Positions 28,842 through 37,431 of a stretch of DNA of 64,000 nucleotides are shown one piece after another; the first letter of the stretch is position 1; each line of letters opens with the position of its first letter. The position numbers and the translations under genes were made by a program. The notes under the pieces are model-generated. The model made no database searches. It worked only from the letters and a program-made list of their open reading frames with translations, and was not told where the DNA came from. The DNA lies in contig JAXDRV010000138.1 in assembly GCA_034090805.1 (NCBI GenBank), positions 66,188 to 130,187 of the forward strand, given 5' to 3'. This stretch comes from Clostridia bacterium. Its GTDB lineage: Bacteria; Bacillota; Clostridia; UBA1381.

Positions 28842-28870
28842 TTGCAATAATTGAGAATTAGTAGTATAAT
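28842..28870 (+). promoter_or_regulatory. Promoter P2 immediately upstream of repeat and leuC
   Basis: TTGCAA (28842-28847), 17-nt spacer, TATAAT (28865-28870). Confidence 0.55.
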
Positions 28871-28890
28871 AATTTAGTAATAAATATAAT

Positions 28891-29032
28891 TAGGCAATTG
28901 TAAAATTTCGGTTTGGGATTTGAGAGTATTTTTGATTTTATTCGTACTCAAACATCCCTTGCGGTAACTCGTCCGAACAAACTCAAAAACACTCTCAAAT
29001 TCCGAGGGAAACTCGAGTTTTGCAATCGTCTG
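28891..29032 (+). mobile_element. MITE-like repeat, short form (TIRs plus module A)
   Basis: Ends TAGGCAATTGTAAAAT ... GTTTTGCAATCGTCTG. A perfect 12-bp duplication AATAAATATAAT lies at 28879-28890 and 29033-29044. Confidence 0.9.
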
Positions 29033-29059
29033 AATAAATATAATATGAGGTGAAAAAGC

Positions 29060-30322
29060 ATGGCTATGACAATGACACAGAAGATTCTTGCCCGCGCGGC
29101 GGGACTTCCGTCCGTTAAGGCGGGGGATCTGATAATGGCGGATCTGAATCTTGTGCTGGGAAATGATATTACAACGCCTGTTGCAATCAATGAATTTGAT
29201 AAGATAGGTACGGAGTCTGTATTCGACAAGACTAAGATTGCGCTTGTGCCTGACCATTTTACTCCGAATAAGGATATTAAATCGGCACAGCAGGCGCTTA
29301 AGGTTCGTAATTTTGCAAAGGATATGGACATACTTAACTATTTTGAGGTAGGCGAAGTGGGTATTGAGCACGCACTGCTGCCCGAAAAAGGACTTGTGGT
29401 TGCGGGTGACGTTGTTATAGGCGCCGATTCGCATACGTGTACCTACGGTGCTTTGGGAGCGTTCTCGACCGGCGTAGGCTCGACAGACATGGCGGCGGGC
29501 ATGGCAACCGGTAAGGCGTGGTTCAAGGTTCCGGAGGCAATTAAGTTCAATCTTACGGGAAAGCTTAACGATTATGTAAGCGGAAAGGATCTTATTTTAC
29601 ATATAATCGGAATGATAGGCGTTGACGGTGCGTTGTATAAGTCAATGGAATTTACGGGCGAGGGAATGCACACACTCACGATGGATGACCGTTTCACAAT
29701 CGCAAACATGGCGATAGAGGCAGGCGCAAAGAACGGTATATTTGAGGTTGACGAGCTGACCGAGGAATACATGAAGGGACATTCCGACAGAGAGTACACT
29801 GTATTTAAGGCAGACGATGATGCGGAGTATTCGCAGGTTATCGATATTGACCTTTCAAAGGTTCCGCATACCGTTGCGTTCCCGCATCTGCCGGAGAATG
29901 CAAGAACACCCGAAAACTGGGGCGAGGTTGAGATTGACCAGGTTGTTATCGGTTCGTGCACAAACGGACGTATTTCGGATTTGAGAAATGCCGCAAGGGT
30001 ATTAAAGGGCAGACACGTAAAGAAGGGGATACGTGCTATTGTGTTCCCTGCAACGCAGAGAGTTTATCTTGAAGCGTTAAAGGACGGCACGCTTTCAACG
30101 CTTGTTGAGGCAGGCTGCGTAATATCTGCGCCGACGTGCGGACCGTGTTTGGGCGGTCACATGGGTATTCTTGCCGAGGGTGAGAGGTGCGTGTCGACAA
30201 CGAACAGAAACTTCATCGGACGTATGGGACACGTGGACAGTGAGGTTTATCTCGCAAGCCCTGAGGTTGCGGCGGCGAGCGCAGTAATGGGCAGAATAGC
30301 AATTCCAGAGGAATTGGCGTAA
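29060..30322 (+). CDS. leuC: 3-isopropylmalate dehydratase large subunit
   Basis: Aconitase-family Cys ligand motifs GSCTNGR and CGPCLG. N-terminus [11 protein letters not shown]. Confidence 0.95.
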   Translation: MAMTMTQKILARAAGLPSVKAGDLIMADLNLVLGNDITTPVAINEFDKIGTESVFDKTKIALVPDHFTPNKDIKSAQQALKVRNFAKDMDILNYFEVGEVGIEHALLPEKGLVVAGDVVIGADSHTCTYGALGAFSTGVGSTDMAAGMATGKAWFKVPEAIKFNLTGKLNDYVSGKDLILHIIGMIGVDGALYKSMEFTGEGMHTLTMDDRFTIANMAIEAGAKNGIFEVDELTEEYMKGHSDREYTVFKADDDAEYSQVIDIDLSKVPHTVAFPHLPENARTPENWGEVEIDQVVIGSCTNGRISDLRNAARVLKGRHVKKGIRAIVFPATQRVYLEALKDGTLSTLVEAGCVISAPTCGPCLGGHMGILAEGERCVSTTNRNFIGRMGHVDSEVYLASPEVAAASAVMGRIAIPEELA

Positions 30323-30340
30323 ATATCAGGAGGTACAGCG

Positions 30341-30823
30341 ATGGAAGCAAAAGGAAAAGTAATCAAATACGGTGATAACATAGATACCGACGTTATAATT
30401 CCGGCAAGATACCTTAACACTGCCGACCATAACGAGCTTGCAAAGCACTGCATGGAGGATATTGACAAGGATTTTGTGAACAAGGTGCAAAAGGGCGATA
30501 TAATGGTAGGCGGAGCGAATTTCGGCTGTGGTTCGTCAAGAGAACACGCTCCGATTGCGATTAAGGCAAGCGGTATTTCGTGCGTTATAGCAAAGGATTT
30601 TGCAAGGATATTTTACAGAAACTCAATCAATATCGGTCTGCCGATTCTTGAGTGTGCGGAGGCATCCGAGGATATAGACGGCGGTGATGAGGTTGAGGTA
30701 AACTTCGATACGGGAGTAATCACTAATCTTACAAAGAACAAGACGTACAAGGCGGTTGCTTTCCCTGAATTTATGCAGGGGATAATCAATGCCGGCGGTC
30801 TTGTTGAATATCTGAAGAAATAA
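30341..30823 (+). CDS. leuD: 3-isopropylmalate dehydratase small subunit
   Basis: Motif [14 protein letters not shown]. 160 aa. Confidence 0.95.
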   Translation: MEAKGKVIKYGDNIDTDVIIPARYLNTADHNELAKHCMEDIDKDFVNKVQKGDIMVGGANFGCGSSREHAPIAIKASGISCVIAKDFARIFYRNSINIGLPILECAEASEDIDGGDEVEVNFDTGVITNLTKNKTYKAVAFPEFMQGIINAGGLVEYLKK

Positions 30824-30841
30824 CGGAAAGGAACATAGGTC

Positions 30842-31900
30842 ATGGAATTTAATATAGCTCTTATACCGGGTGACGGAATCGGTCCGGAGATTGTCGGCGG
30901 CGCAGTTACGGTGCTTAAGGCGGTTGAGGAAAAATTCGGTCATAAATTCAATTTTACGGAGGTTTACATGGGCGGCTGTGCAATTGATAAGTACGGCGAG
31001 CCGCTGCCTCAGGAAACGATAGATATATGCAAAAAATCCGACAGTGTGCTTTTGGGTGCAGTCGGAGGACCTAAGTGGGACGGAGCACCCAAGCGCCCTG
31101 AGGCGGGACTTTTGGGCATAAGAAAGGCACTGGGACTTTATTCAAATCTTCGTCCGTCAATCCTCAAGCCGCAGCTTAAGGAGGCATCGCCCTTAAAGGA
31201 CGAAAAGCTTGCAAACGGGCTTGATGTTATGGTTGTGCGTGAGTTGACGGGAGGTATTTACTTCGGTAAGCGTGAAAAGGCAGAGGACGGCTCATGGGCG
31301 TCCGATGAGGAAAAATACAGCGTTGAAGAGGTAAAGCGCATAGGCAAAATTGCGTTTGAAACCGCAATGATAAGAAATAAAAAGCTTGTAAGCGTTGACA
31401 AGGCGAACGTGCTTGAATCGTCAAGGCTTTGGAGAAAGACGATTACGGAAATGTCGGCGGAGTACCCGGAGGTTGAGCTTTCGCATATGTACGTAGACAA
31501 TGCGGCAATGCAGCTTGCGATAAATCCGTCACAGTTTGACGTTATCGTAACATCGAATATCTTCGGTGATATTCTGTCGGATTTGTCATCGGCGATAGCG
31601 GGTTCGATAGGAATGCTGCCGTCGGCATCTCTCGGAGCGACAAAGTGCGGTATGTATGAGCCGATTCACGGCAGTGCGCCTGATATTGCCGGAATGGATA
31701 TAGCAAACCCGATTGCAACGATCGTGAGTGCGGCTATGATGCTTGAGATGTCGTTCGGACTTGCGGACGAGGCAAAGGCAATAAACAAGGCTGTGGACAA
31801 GGTGCTTGACATGAACTACAGAACAACCGATATTATGTCTGAAGGCATGACAAAGGTAGGCTGCAAGGAAATGGCTGAGCTTATAGCTGATAATTTATAA
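30842..31900 (+). CDS. leuB: 3-isopropylmalate dehydrogenase
   Basis: N-terminal [13 protein letters not shown] and motif [26 protein letters not shown]. Confidence 0.95.
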   Translation: MEFNIALIPGDGIGPEIVGGAVTVLKAVEEKFGHKFNFTEVYMGGCAIDKYGEPLPQETIDICKKSDSVLLGAVGGPKWDGAPKRPEAGLLGIRKALGLYSNLRPSILKPQLKEASPLKDEKLANGLDVMVVRELTGGIYFGKREKAEDGSWASDEEKYSVEEVKRIGKIAFETAMIRNKKLVSVDKANVLESSRLWRKTITEMSAEYPEVELSHMYVDNAAMQLAINPSQFDVIVTSNIFGDILSDLSSAIAGSIGMLPSASLGATKCGMYEPIHGSAPDIAGMDIANPIATIVSAAMMLEMSFGLADEAKAINKAVDKVLDMNYRTTDIMSEGMTKVGCKEMAELIADNL

Positions 31901-31911
31901 AAGCTTATAAG

Positions 31912-31961
31912 AAAAACTCTTGAAATCCGATCTTTTACCGATCGGCTTCAAGAGTTTTTTT
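31912..31961 (+). terminator. Long terminator hairpin after leuB (member of a 2-copy hairpin family, see 60008)
   Basis: AAAAACTCTTGAA-AT-CCGATC-TTTTACC-GATCGG-C-TTCAAGAGTTTTTTT. Confidence 0.8.
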
Positions 31962-31963
31962 AT

Positions 31964-31993
31964 CTAATAGGAAATTTCTCAATTTCCTATTAG
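31964..31993. other. Perfect 13-bp palindrome
   Basis: CTAATAGGAAATT-TCTC-AATTTCCTATTAG. Confidence 0.8.
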
Positions 31994-31994
31994 C

Positions 31995-32043
31995 AAAAAA
32001 GCTTACCTTGCGCCAAAGGCGCAGCTTTGTCAAAAGCTTTTTT
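31995..32043 (-). terminator. Terminator hairpin for the convergent cyclophilin gene
   Basis: Outer stem AAAAAAGCTT / AAGCTTTTTT and inner stem GCGCC-AAA-GGCGC. The U-run falls on the - strand. Confidence 0.7.
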
Positions 32044-32046
32044 ATT

Positions 32047-33069
32047 TTATTCTGTTGTGATTGATTTAATAATTACGTCCTCAAGCGGCTTGTCACCGCT
32101 GTCTGTGGCGGACGAGGCTATCTTATCGACAACGTCCATGCCATCTGTAACCTTGCCGAAAGCAGCGTAATCGCCGTCAAGTGACGGTATGGTTTGGTGC
32201 ATGATAAAGAACTGTGACGAGGCGCTGTCTTTGCTCTGCATCGTTCTTGCCATCGAGATAACGCCTCTTTCGTGCGTTATCAAGTTTAAATATCCGTTTG
32301 AGATGAACTGACCGCTTATGGCAGATGAGTTTTTCATTGTGCCGTCTGCGTCATAGCCACCGCCTTGAATCATAAAATCCTTTATGACTCTGTGGAACGT
32401 AAGACCGTTGTAAAAGCCGCTGTCCGCAAGCTTGACGAAGTTTTCGACCGTTTCCGGGGCAATATCGGGGTAAAGCTCAAGCTTTATCGTATCTCCGTTT
32501 TCAAAATTGATTGCAGCCTTGACGGTACGTGCCTTTCCGTGAACGTATGCGTCATAAGCGTCATACATTGTGTTCATTTCCTGCTCATATGACAAAAGCT
32601 GTTTTGCAATGCCTGTGTTTTCCTCCGGTGTAAACTGCAAATCAACAGAAGCGGTCAGCGTTTCCTGATCCCAGCCGACCTCTGCTCCCAAAAGCTCTCC
32701 GACGGCACGCAGCGGAAGCATTGTTCTGTCGTTTATTACTACGGGCGGCATATCCATGTCGTAATAACCCTCAATCGAAACGGGCGAAAGCTTAAAGGCG
32801 GTGTTTTTTGTGAGCCACATCATATATAAATGATTGTCACGGTAAATGTTTACGCCTTTTGAGGCATCGTCCCATTCAACATCGCAGTTTAAAGCCTCGG
32901 TTATAGCACGCACGGGAACAACGGTTCTGTCGTTAATCACCATAGGCGGTACGTCTGTGTTCAGCTCTGTACCGTTTACCTTGATTTTTATGTCATCGGC
33001 AAGAGCGGCTGACGAGAAAAGCATTGCCGCAGCACTTAAAACGGCGGCAAATATCATTTTATTTTTCAT
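32047..33069 (-). CDS. Secreted peptidyl-prolyl isomerase: signal peptide, 2 copper-amine-oxidase-N-like domains, cyclophilin domain
   Basis: Repeats DRTVVPVRAITEALNCDVEWD and DRTMLPLRAVGELLGAEVGWD. Cyclophilin motifs FHRVIKDFMIQGGG, SMARTMQSKDSASSQFFI. Confidence 0.87.
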   Translation of the reverse strand: MKNKMIFAAVLSAAAMLFSSAALADDIKIKVNGTELNTDVPPMVINDRTVVPVRAITEALNCDVEWDDASKGVNIYRDNHLYMMWLTKNTAFKLSPVSIEGYYDMDMPPVVINDRTMLPLRAVGELLGAEVGWDQETLTASVDLQFTPEENTGIAKQLLSYEQEMNTMYDAYDAYVHGKARTVKAAINFENGDTIKLELYPDIAPETVENFVKLADSGFYNGLTFHRVIKDFMIQGGGYDADGTMKNSSAISGQFISNGYLNLITHERGVISMARTMQSKDSASSQFFIMHQTIPSLDGDYAAFGKVTDGMDVVDKIASSATDSGDKPLEDVIIKSITTE

Positions 33070-33083
33070 TGTTACCTCCGTAT

Positions 33084-33566
33084 TTATGCGAGTCTTATCG
33101 TCTTTATTATCTGATCCTCAAGCGGCTTATCCTGTACGTCTGTGGGTACGGCGGCGATTTCGTCCACTACTTCTATTCCGTCCGTAACCTTGCCGAATGC
33201 GGCATACTGACCGTCAAGATGCGGCGCATTTTGGTGCATGATGAAAAACTGCGATGAAGCACTGTTCGGGAACATGGTTCTTGCCATTGACAGTACACCT
33301 CTTGTGTGCTTGAGAGTGTTTTTCACTCCGTTTGAGTCGAACTCACCCTTTATGGATGCTGCCTCCTTGTGTGTGCCGTCGGCCGCAAAGCCGCCGCCCT
33401 GAATCATGAAGCCCTCGATTACACGGTGAAAGATAAGTCCGTCAAAAAAGCTGTCGTTTATAAGCTTAACAAAATTTTCGACCGTTATCGGAGCAACTTC
33501 GGGATATAACTCCGCCTTCATAACCTTTCCGTTTTCCATCTCGATTTCGATATTTATTGTTTCCAT
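33084..33566 (-). CDS. ppiB: Cytoplasmic cyclophilin-type peptidyl-prolyl isomerase
   Basis: Motifs FHRVIEGFMIQGGG, SMARTMFPNSASSQFFI. No signal peptide. Confidence 0.9.
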   Translation of the reverse strand: METINIEIEMENGKVMKAELYPEVAPITVENFVKLINDSFFDGLIFHRVIEGFMIQGGGFAADGTHKEAASIKGEFDSNGVKNTLKHTRGVLSMARTMFPNSASSQFFIMHQNAPHLDGQYAAFGKVTDGIEVVDEIAAVPTDVQDKPLEDQIIKTIRLA

Positions 33567-33596
33567 ATTATAATAGTCCTTTCTGCATTTTATTTA

Positions 33597-33725
33597 CCGT
33601 GCATTTGCGAAATGACGGTTGAGATTTGAGCGTGTTTTGAGTTTGTTCGGACGAGTTACGCTTGCGTATGTTTGAGTCCGAATAAATTCAAAAACACTCT
33701 CAAATTTAAATTTTACATTTATTGT
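33597..33725 (-). repeat. Decayed short-form copy of the MITE-like family, reverse orientation
   Basis: Region 33623-33705 is the reverse complement of module A (GATTTGAGCGTGTTTTGAGTTTGTTCGGACGAGTTACG...). The TIRs are degenerate. Confidence 0.75.
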
Positions 33726-33730
33726 ATTTA

Positions 33731-34393
33731 TCAGCCTTCTAACGAGATTTTAATGCTCTTTATAACTATCGGATTTTCGGGAACGTCCGACATACCGTTT
33801 TCAAGTGATTTTGTCGGCTGAGATGCAATCTCGTCTATAACCTCAAGCCCCTCCGTAACCTTTCCGAATGCCGCATATTCACCGTCAAGCGAGGGGTAGT
33901 CCTCGTGCATGATAAAGAACTGCGATGATGCGCTGTCGGGAACGGAAGTACGTGCCATTGACAGCACACCTCTTTCGTGCTTTAACGGGTTTTCAAAGCC
34001 GTTTGACTTAAATTCACCCTTTATCGAGGCTGTTTCCTTTTCGGTCATATCCTCGCTGTAGCCGCCGCCTTGAATCATAAAGCCGGATATTACACGATGG
34101 AATATCAGTCCGTCATAAAAATTTTCCGATGCAAGCTTTTCGAAATTTGCGACCGTTTCGGGCGCAAGATCGGGGTAAAGCTCCGCTTTCATAACCTTGT
34201 CCTCGCCGTTTACGTTTACCGTGATTTCAACGTAGTCCTTGCGTGAGGTCAGCTCCTCAAGGGATTTTGACGGAGCGGCCGTTGAAGTCGGTGCCGGTGT
34301 GGCTGTCGGAGCAGGTGCTTTTGCTCCGCATGATGTGAGTGTAAGAGCGGCGGTCATAACAAGAGCTGCCGCAATAATGCTTTTTATTTTCAT
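33731..34393 (-). CDS. Lipoprotein cyclophilin-type peptidyl-prolyl isomerase
   Basis: Lipobox LTLTSC. Motifs FHRVISGFMIQGGG, SMARTSVPDSASSQFFI. Confidence 0.87.
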   Translation of the reverse strand: MKIKSIIAAALVMTAALTLTSCGAKAPAPTATPAPTSTAAPSKSLEELTSRKDYVEITVNVNGEDKVMKAELYPDLAPETVANFEKLASENFYDGLIFHRVISGFMIQGGGYSEDMTEKETASIKGEFKSNGFENPLKHERGVLSMARTSVPDSASSQFFIMHEDYPSLDGEYAAFGKVTEGLEVIDEIASQPTKSLENGMSDVPENPIVIKSIKISLEG

Positions 34394-34420
34394 AATTATA
34401 ACATTCCTTTCGGGTTTAAA

Positions 34421-36973
34421 TTAATCGTCCAAATCGGGTTTTTCTTCTGCCGGATCCTCAAGGATCTCGCCGTCCTCGTCCGGGACTTCGTTTTCCGGCT
34501 CGGCTGCATCATCGCCTCTTTCGGTAAGTGCGATTGAAACAACGCTGACACCTTCGTCAAGGCGCATGAGTCTTACGCCCTGCGTCTGTCTGCCGTAGGT
34601 GCTTATCTCGGCTGCGTGCATTCTGATAACAACACCCTCCGATGTGATCATCATTACGTCGTCATTGTCCGTAACAGCCTCAACTCCGGCAACCTTGCCT
34701 GTTTTTTCTGTTATGCGGTAGGTATACAAGCCCTTTCCGCTTCTTGTCTGCAAGCGGTATTCGGAAAATTCCGTCTTTTTGCCGTAGCCGTTTTCCGTAA
34801 CAACAAGCAGTGACGCACCCTCGGTAACAGGACCTGCGCAAGCTCCGACAACGTAATCACCATCGTTTAAGGTGATGCCCTTAACGCCTCGTGTCGTTCT
34901 GCCCATGGCTCTTACGTCCTTTTCGGCAAAGCGTATTGCAAGACCGTCATGAGTGATAAGCATAATTTCACTGTTGCCGTCTGTGAGGCGAACCTCGATA
35001 AGCTCGTCACCGTCAACAATTTCGATAGCTCTCAAGCCGCCGCTGCGTATTTTGGAATAATCCATAATATCCGTCTTTTTAACAAGTCCGTTGCGTGTCA
35101 TGAATGTGAGATAATCACCCTTTTCAAACTCCGCAACCGGTATCATTGCATTTATCTTTTCGCCCGGCTCAAGCGGCAGAAGATTTACTATCGCCGTACC
35201 CTTTGCCTGACGTGCAGCCTCGGGAATCTGATAACCCTTGAGCTTGTACACATATCCTCGTGTTGTAAAGAAGAGAATGTTGTGGTGCGTTGAGGTGGTG
35301 AACAGATGCTCGACAAAATCCTCCTCACGTGTCGTTATGCCGGTAATTCCTCGTCCGCCTCTGCGCTGTGAACGGTAGGTGTCGACAGGCATACGCTTTA
35401 CATAGCCGTTGTGCGTTACCGTAACAATGCACTCTTCCTCGTCAATCAGATCCTCCATGTCGATTTCGTCAAATACCATCTCGATTGAGGTGCGGCGGCT
35501 GTCACCGTATTTGTTCTTGATTTCGATAAGGTCGTCCTTAACGATAGCAAGAACTCTGCCCTCGTGTGCGAGTATATCCTCGAACTCGGCAATCTTCGCA
35601 ACAAGCTCCTCGTATTCGCTTTCTATCTTATCACGCTCCATGCCGGTAAGACGTCCCAGGGGCATCTGAACGATTGCCGTGGTCTGAATATCCGACAAAT
35701 CAAAGCGCATTGCAAGCTGTTCCTTTGCGTCGGGTATGCTCTTTGATGAACGGATTATGCGCACTACCTCGTCTATGTTGTCGATAACGATTCTGTAGCC
35801 CTCAAGCAGGTGTGCTCTTTCCTGAGCCTTTTTCAAATCGTATGCGGTGCGACGTCTTATTACGTCCTCCTGGTGTGCGATATAATAGTCTATCATCTCA
35901 CGCAGGTTGAGAATTTTCGGCTGTTTGTCAACAAGCGCAAGCAAAATTACACCGAAGGTGTCCTGAAGCTGCGTGTATTTGTACAGATTATTCAGTACAA
36001 CATTCGGATTTGCGTCACGCTTTAATTCGATTATAAGGTGAATTTCCTCGGCTGATTCATCTCTGGTTGAGGCGATGCCGTCTATTTTGCCGTCACGGAC
36101 AAGCTCGTTTATGTGCTTTTCAAGACGTGCCTTGTTCACCTGGTACGGCAGCTCGGAAACGACAATTCTCGTTCTGCCATTGCTGTCCTCCTCGATTTCG
36201 GCTCTTGCACGCAGAATAACTCTGCCTCGTCCCGTTGTATAGGCACTTCTTATTCCGCTTTTGCCCATGATAACGCCGCCGGTCGGAAAGTCCGGGCCGG
36301 GAATATAATTCATCAGCTCATCAATCGTTATCATCGGATCGTCTATGACCGCGATAATACCGTCAATAACCTCTGTGAGGTTGTGGGGCGGGATATTTGT
36401 CGCCATACCTACGGCGATACCTGCCGAGCCGTTGACGAGAAGATTCGGGAAGCGTGACGGCAAAACGTCCGGCTCCTTTAATTTATCGTCGAAATTCGGC
36501 ACAAAGTCAACCGTTTCTTTTTCAATGTCCGAAAGCATAAGAGCGGCAATCTTTGCCATCTTTGCCTCTGTGTATCTGTATGCGGCGGGAGGGTCACCGT
36601 CTATCGAACCGAAGTTTCCCTTACCCTGAACAAGCGGATAACGCAGAGAAAAGTCCTGCGCCAAACGCACAAGCGCATCATAAACCGAAGCGTCGCCGTG
36701 GGGGTGATACTTACCAAGCACGTCACCGACGGTTGTCGCCGATTTTCTGAAATCATTTTCGTAAACGAGGTTAGACTCGTACATATCATATAAAATACGT
36801 CTGTGAACCGGCTTCATGCCGTCTCGTACATCGGGAAGCGCACGGCTCACAATTACACTCATCGCATAATTGATATACGACTCCCTCATCTCGCTGTTGA
36901 GGTCAACATCAACAATCTTTTGATTTTGAATTGCCTCCATATTCAGCTCAAGTTCCTTGGATTTTTTAGCCAT
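34421..36973 (-). CDS. gyrA: DNA gyrase subunit A
   Basis: Active-site region AAYRYTEAKM, QRDR-like HPHGDASVYDALVRLAQ, and GyrA box QRRGGRG. 850 aa. Confidence 0.97.
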   Translation of the reverse strand: MAKKSKELELNMEAIQNQKIVDVDLNSEMRESYINYAMSVIVSRALPDVRDGMKPVHRRILYDMYESNLVYENDFRKSATTVGDVLGKYHPHGDASVYDALVRLAQDFSLRYPLVQGKGNFGSIDGDPPAAYRYTEAKMAKIAALMLSDIEKETVDFVPNFDDKLKEPDVLPSRFPNLLVNGSAGIAVGMATNIPPHNLTEVIDGIIAVIDDPMITIDELMNYIPGPDFPTGGVIMGKSGIRSAYTTGRGRVILRARAEIEEDSNGRTRIVVSELPYQVNKARLEKHINELVRDGKIDGIASTRDESAEEIHLIIELKRDANPNVVLNNLYKYTQLQDTFGVILLALVDKQPKILNLREMIDYYIAHQEDVIRRRTAYDLKKAQERAHLLEGYRIVIDNIDEVVRIIRSSKSIPDAKEQLAMRFDLSDIQTTAIVQMPLGRLTGMERDKIESEYEELVAKIAEFEDILAHEGRVLAIVKDDLIEIKNKYGDSRRTSIEMVFDEIDMEDLIDEEECIVTVTHNGYVKRMPVDTYRSQRRGGRGITGITTREEDFVEHLFTTSTHHNILFFTTRGYVYKLKGYQIPEAARQAKGTAIVNLLPLEPGEKINAMIPVAEFEKGDYLTFMTRNGLVKKTDIMDYSKIRSGGLRAIEIVDGDELIEVRLTDGNSEIMLITHDGLAIRFAEKDVRAMGRTTRGVKGITLNDGDYVVGACAGPVTEGASLLVVTENGYGKKTEFSEYRLQTRSGKGLYTYRITEKTGKVAGVEAVTDNDDVMMITSEGVVIRMHAAEISTYGRQTQGVRLMRLDEGVSVVSIALTERGDDAAEPENEVPDEDGEILEDPAEEKPDLDD

Positions 36974-37112
36974 ATTGTTTCCGTAGCCTTTCTGCCCACA
37001 AGCAGTAATAAATTATATCTCCCCGGGTGGGCGGACAGGGAGAAACCGCACCGCATGGGCGGCGCTGTGAGGGCGGATAATTCTTCATTCGGAACAATCC
37101 GCATATACATTA

Positions 37113-37141
37113 ATTATATCACAAAAATGACATAATTGCAA
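37113..37141 (-). promoter_or_regulatory. Promoter of gyrA
   Basis: On the - strand: TTGCAA (37136-37141), 17-nt spacer, TATAAT (37113-37118), preceded by TGA. This predicts a ~130-nt GC-rich leader. Confidence 0.6.
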
Positions 37142-37212
37142 GCTTTTACGGCGTTTTTTATCTATTTTTTACCGCAATGTAGGCTTTTTGGGGGATAAAA
37201 TAAAAGTAATAC

Positions 37213-37241
37213 TTGACTAAAGGTTATAAAGAAGGTATAAT
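37213..37241 (+). promoter_or_regulatory. Promoter of the lipid-kinase gene
   Basis: TTGACT (37213-37218), 17-nt spacer, TATAAT (37236-37241). Confidence 0.6.
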
Positions 37242-37249
37242 ATATATAG

Positions 37250-37391
37250 TTGGCAATTGTAAAACGGCGGTTTGGAATTTGAGAGTATTTTTGAATTTAT
37301 TCGTACTCAAACATCCCTTGCGGTAACTCGTCCGAACAAACTCAAAAACACTCTCAAATTCCGAGGAAATAACGAGTTTTACAATCGCCTG
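37250..37391 (+). mobile_element. MITE-like repeat, short form
   Basis: Ends TTGGCAATTGTAAAAC ... GTTTTACAATCGCCTG. About 90% identical to the 28891 and 41123 copies. Degraded 12-bp flank repeat TAATATATATAG / AAATATATAAAT. Confidence 0.88.
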
Positions 37392-37431
37392 AAATATATA
37401 AATATGTGAGGGATTACGGGAGGAGTATGAC

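Noticed and set aside
36974-36998. A 19/20-nt identity, GGGCAGAAAGGCTAYGGAAA, upstream of both the gyrA start (minus strand) and the exporter gene start (38483-38502).
   Set aside because: About one such near-identical 20-mer pair is expected by chance in 64 kb on both strands. The core AGAAAGG is simply the extended Shine-Dalgarno used by many genes here, for example ppiB.
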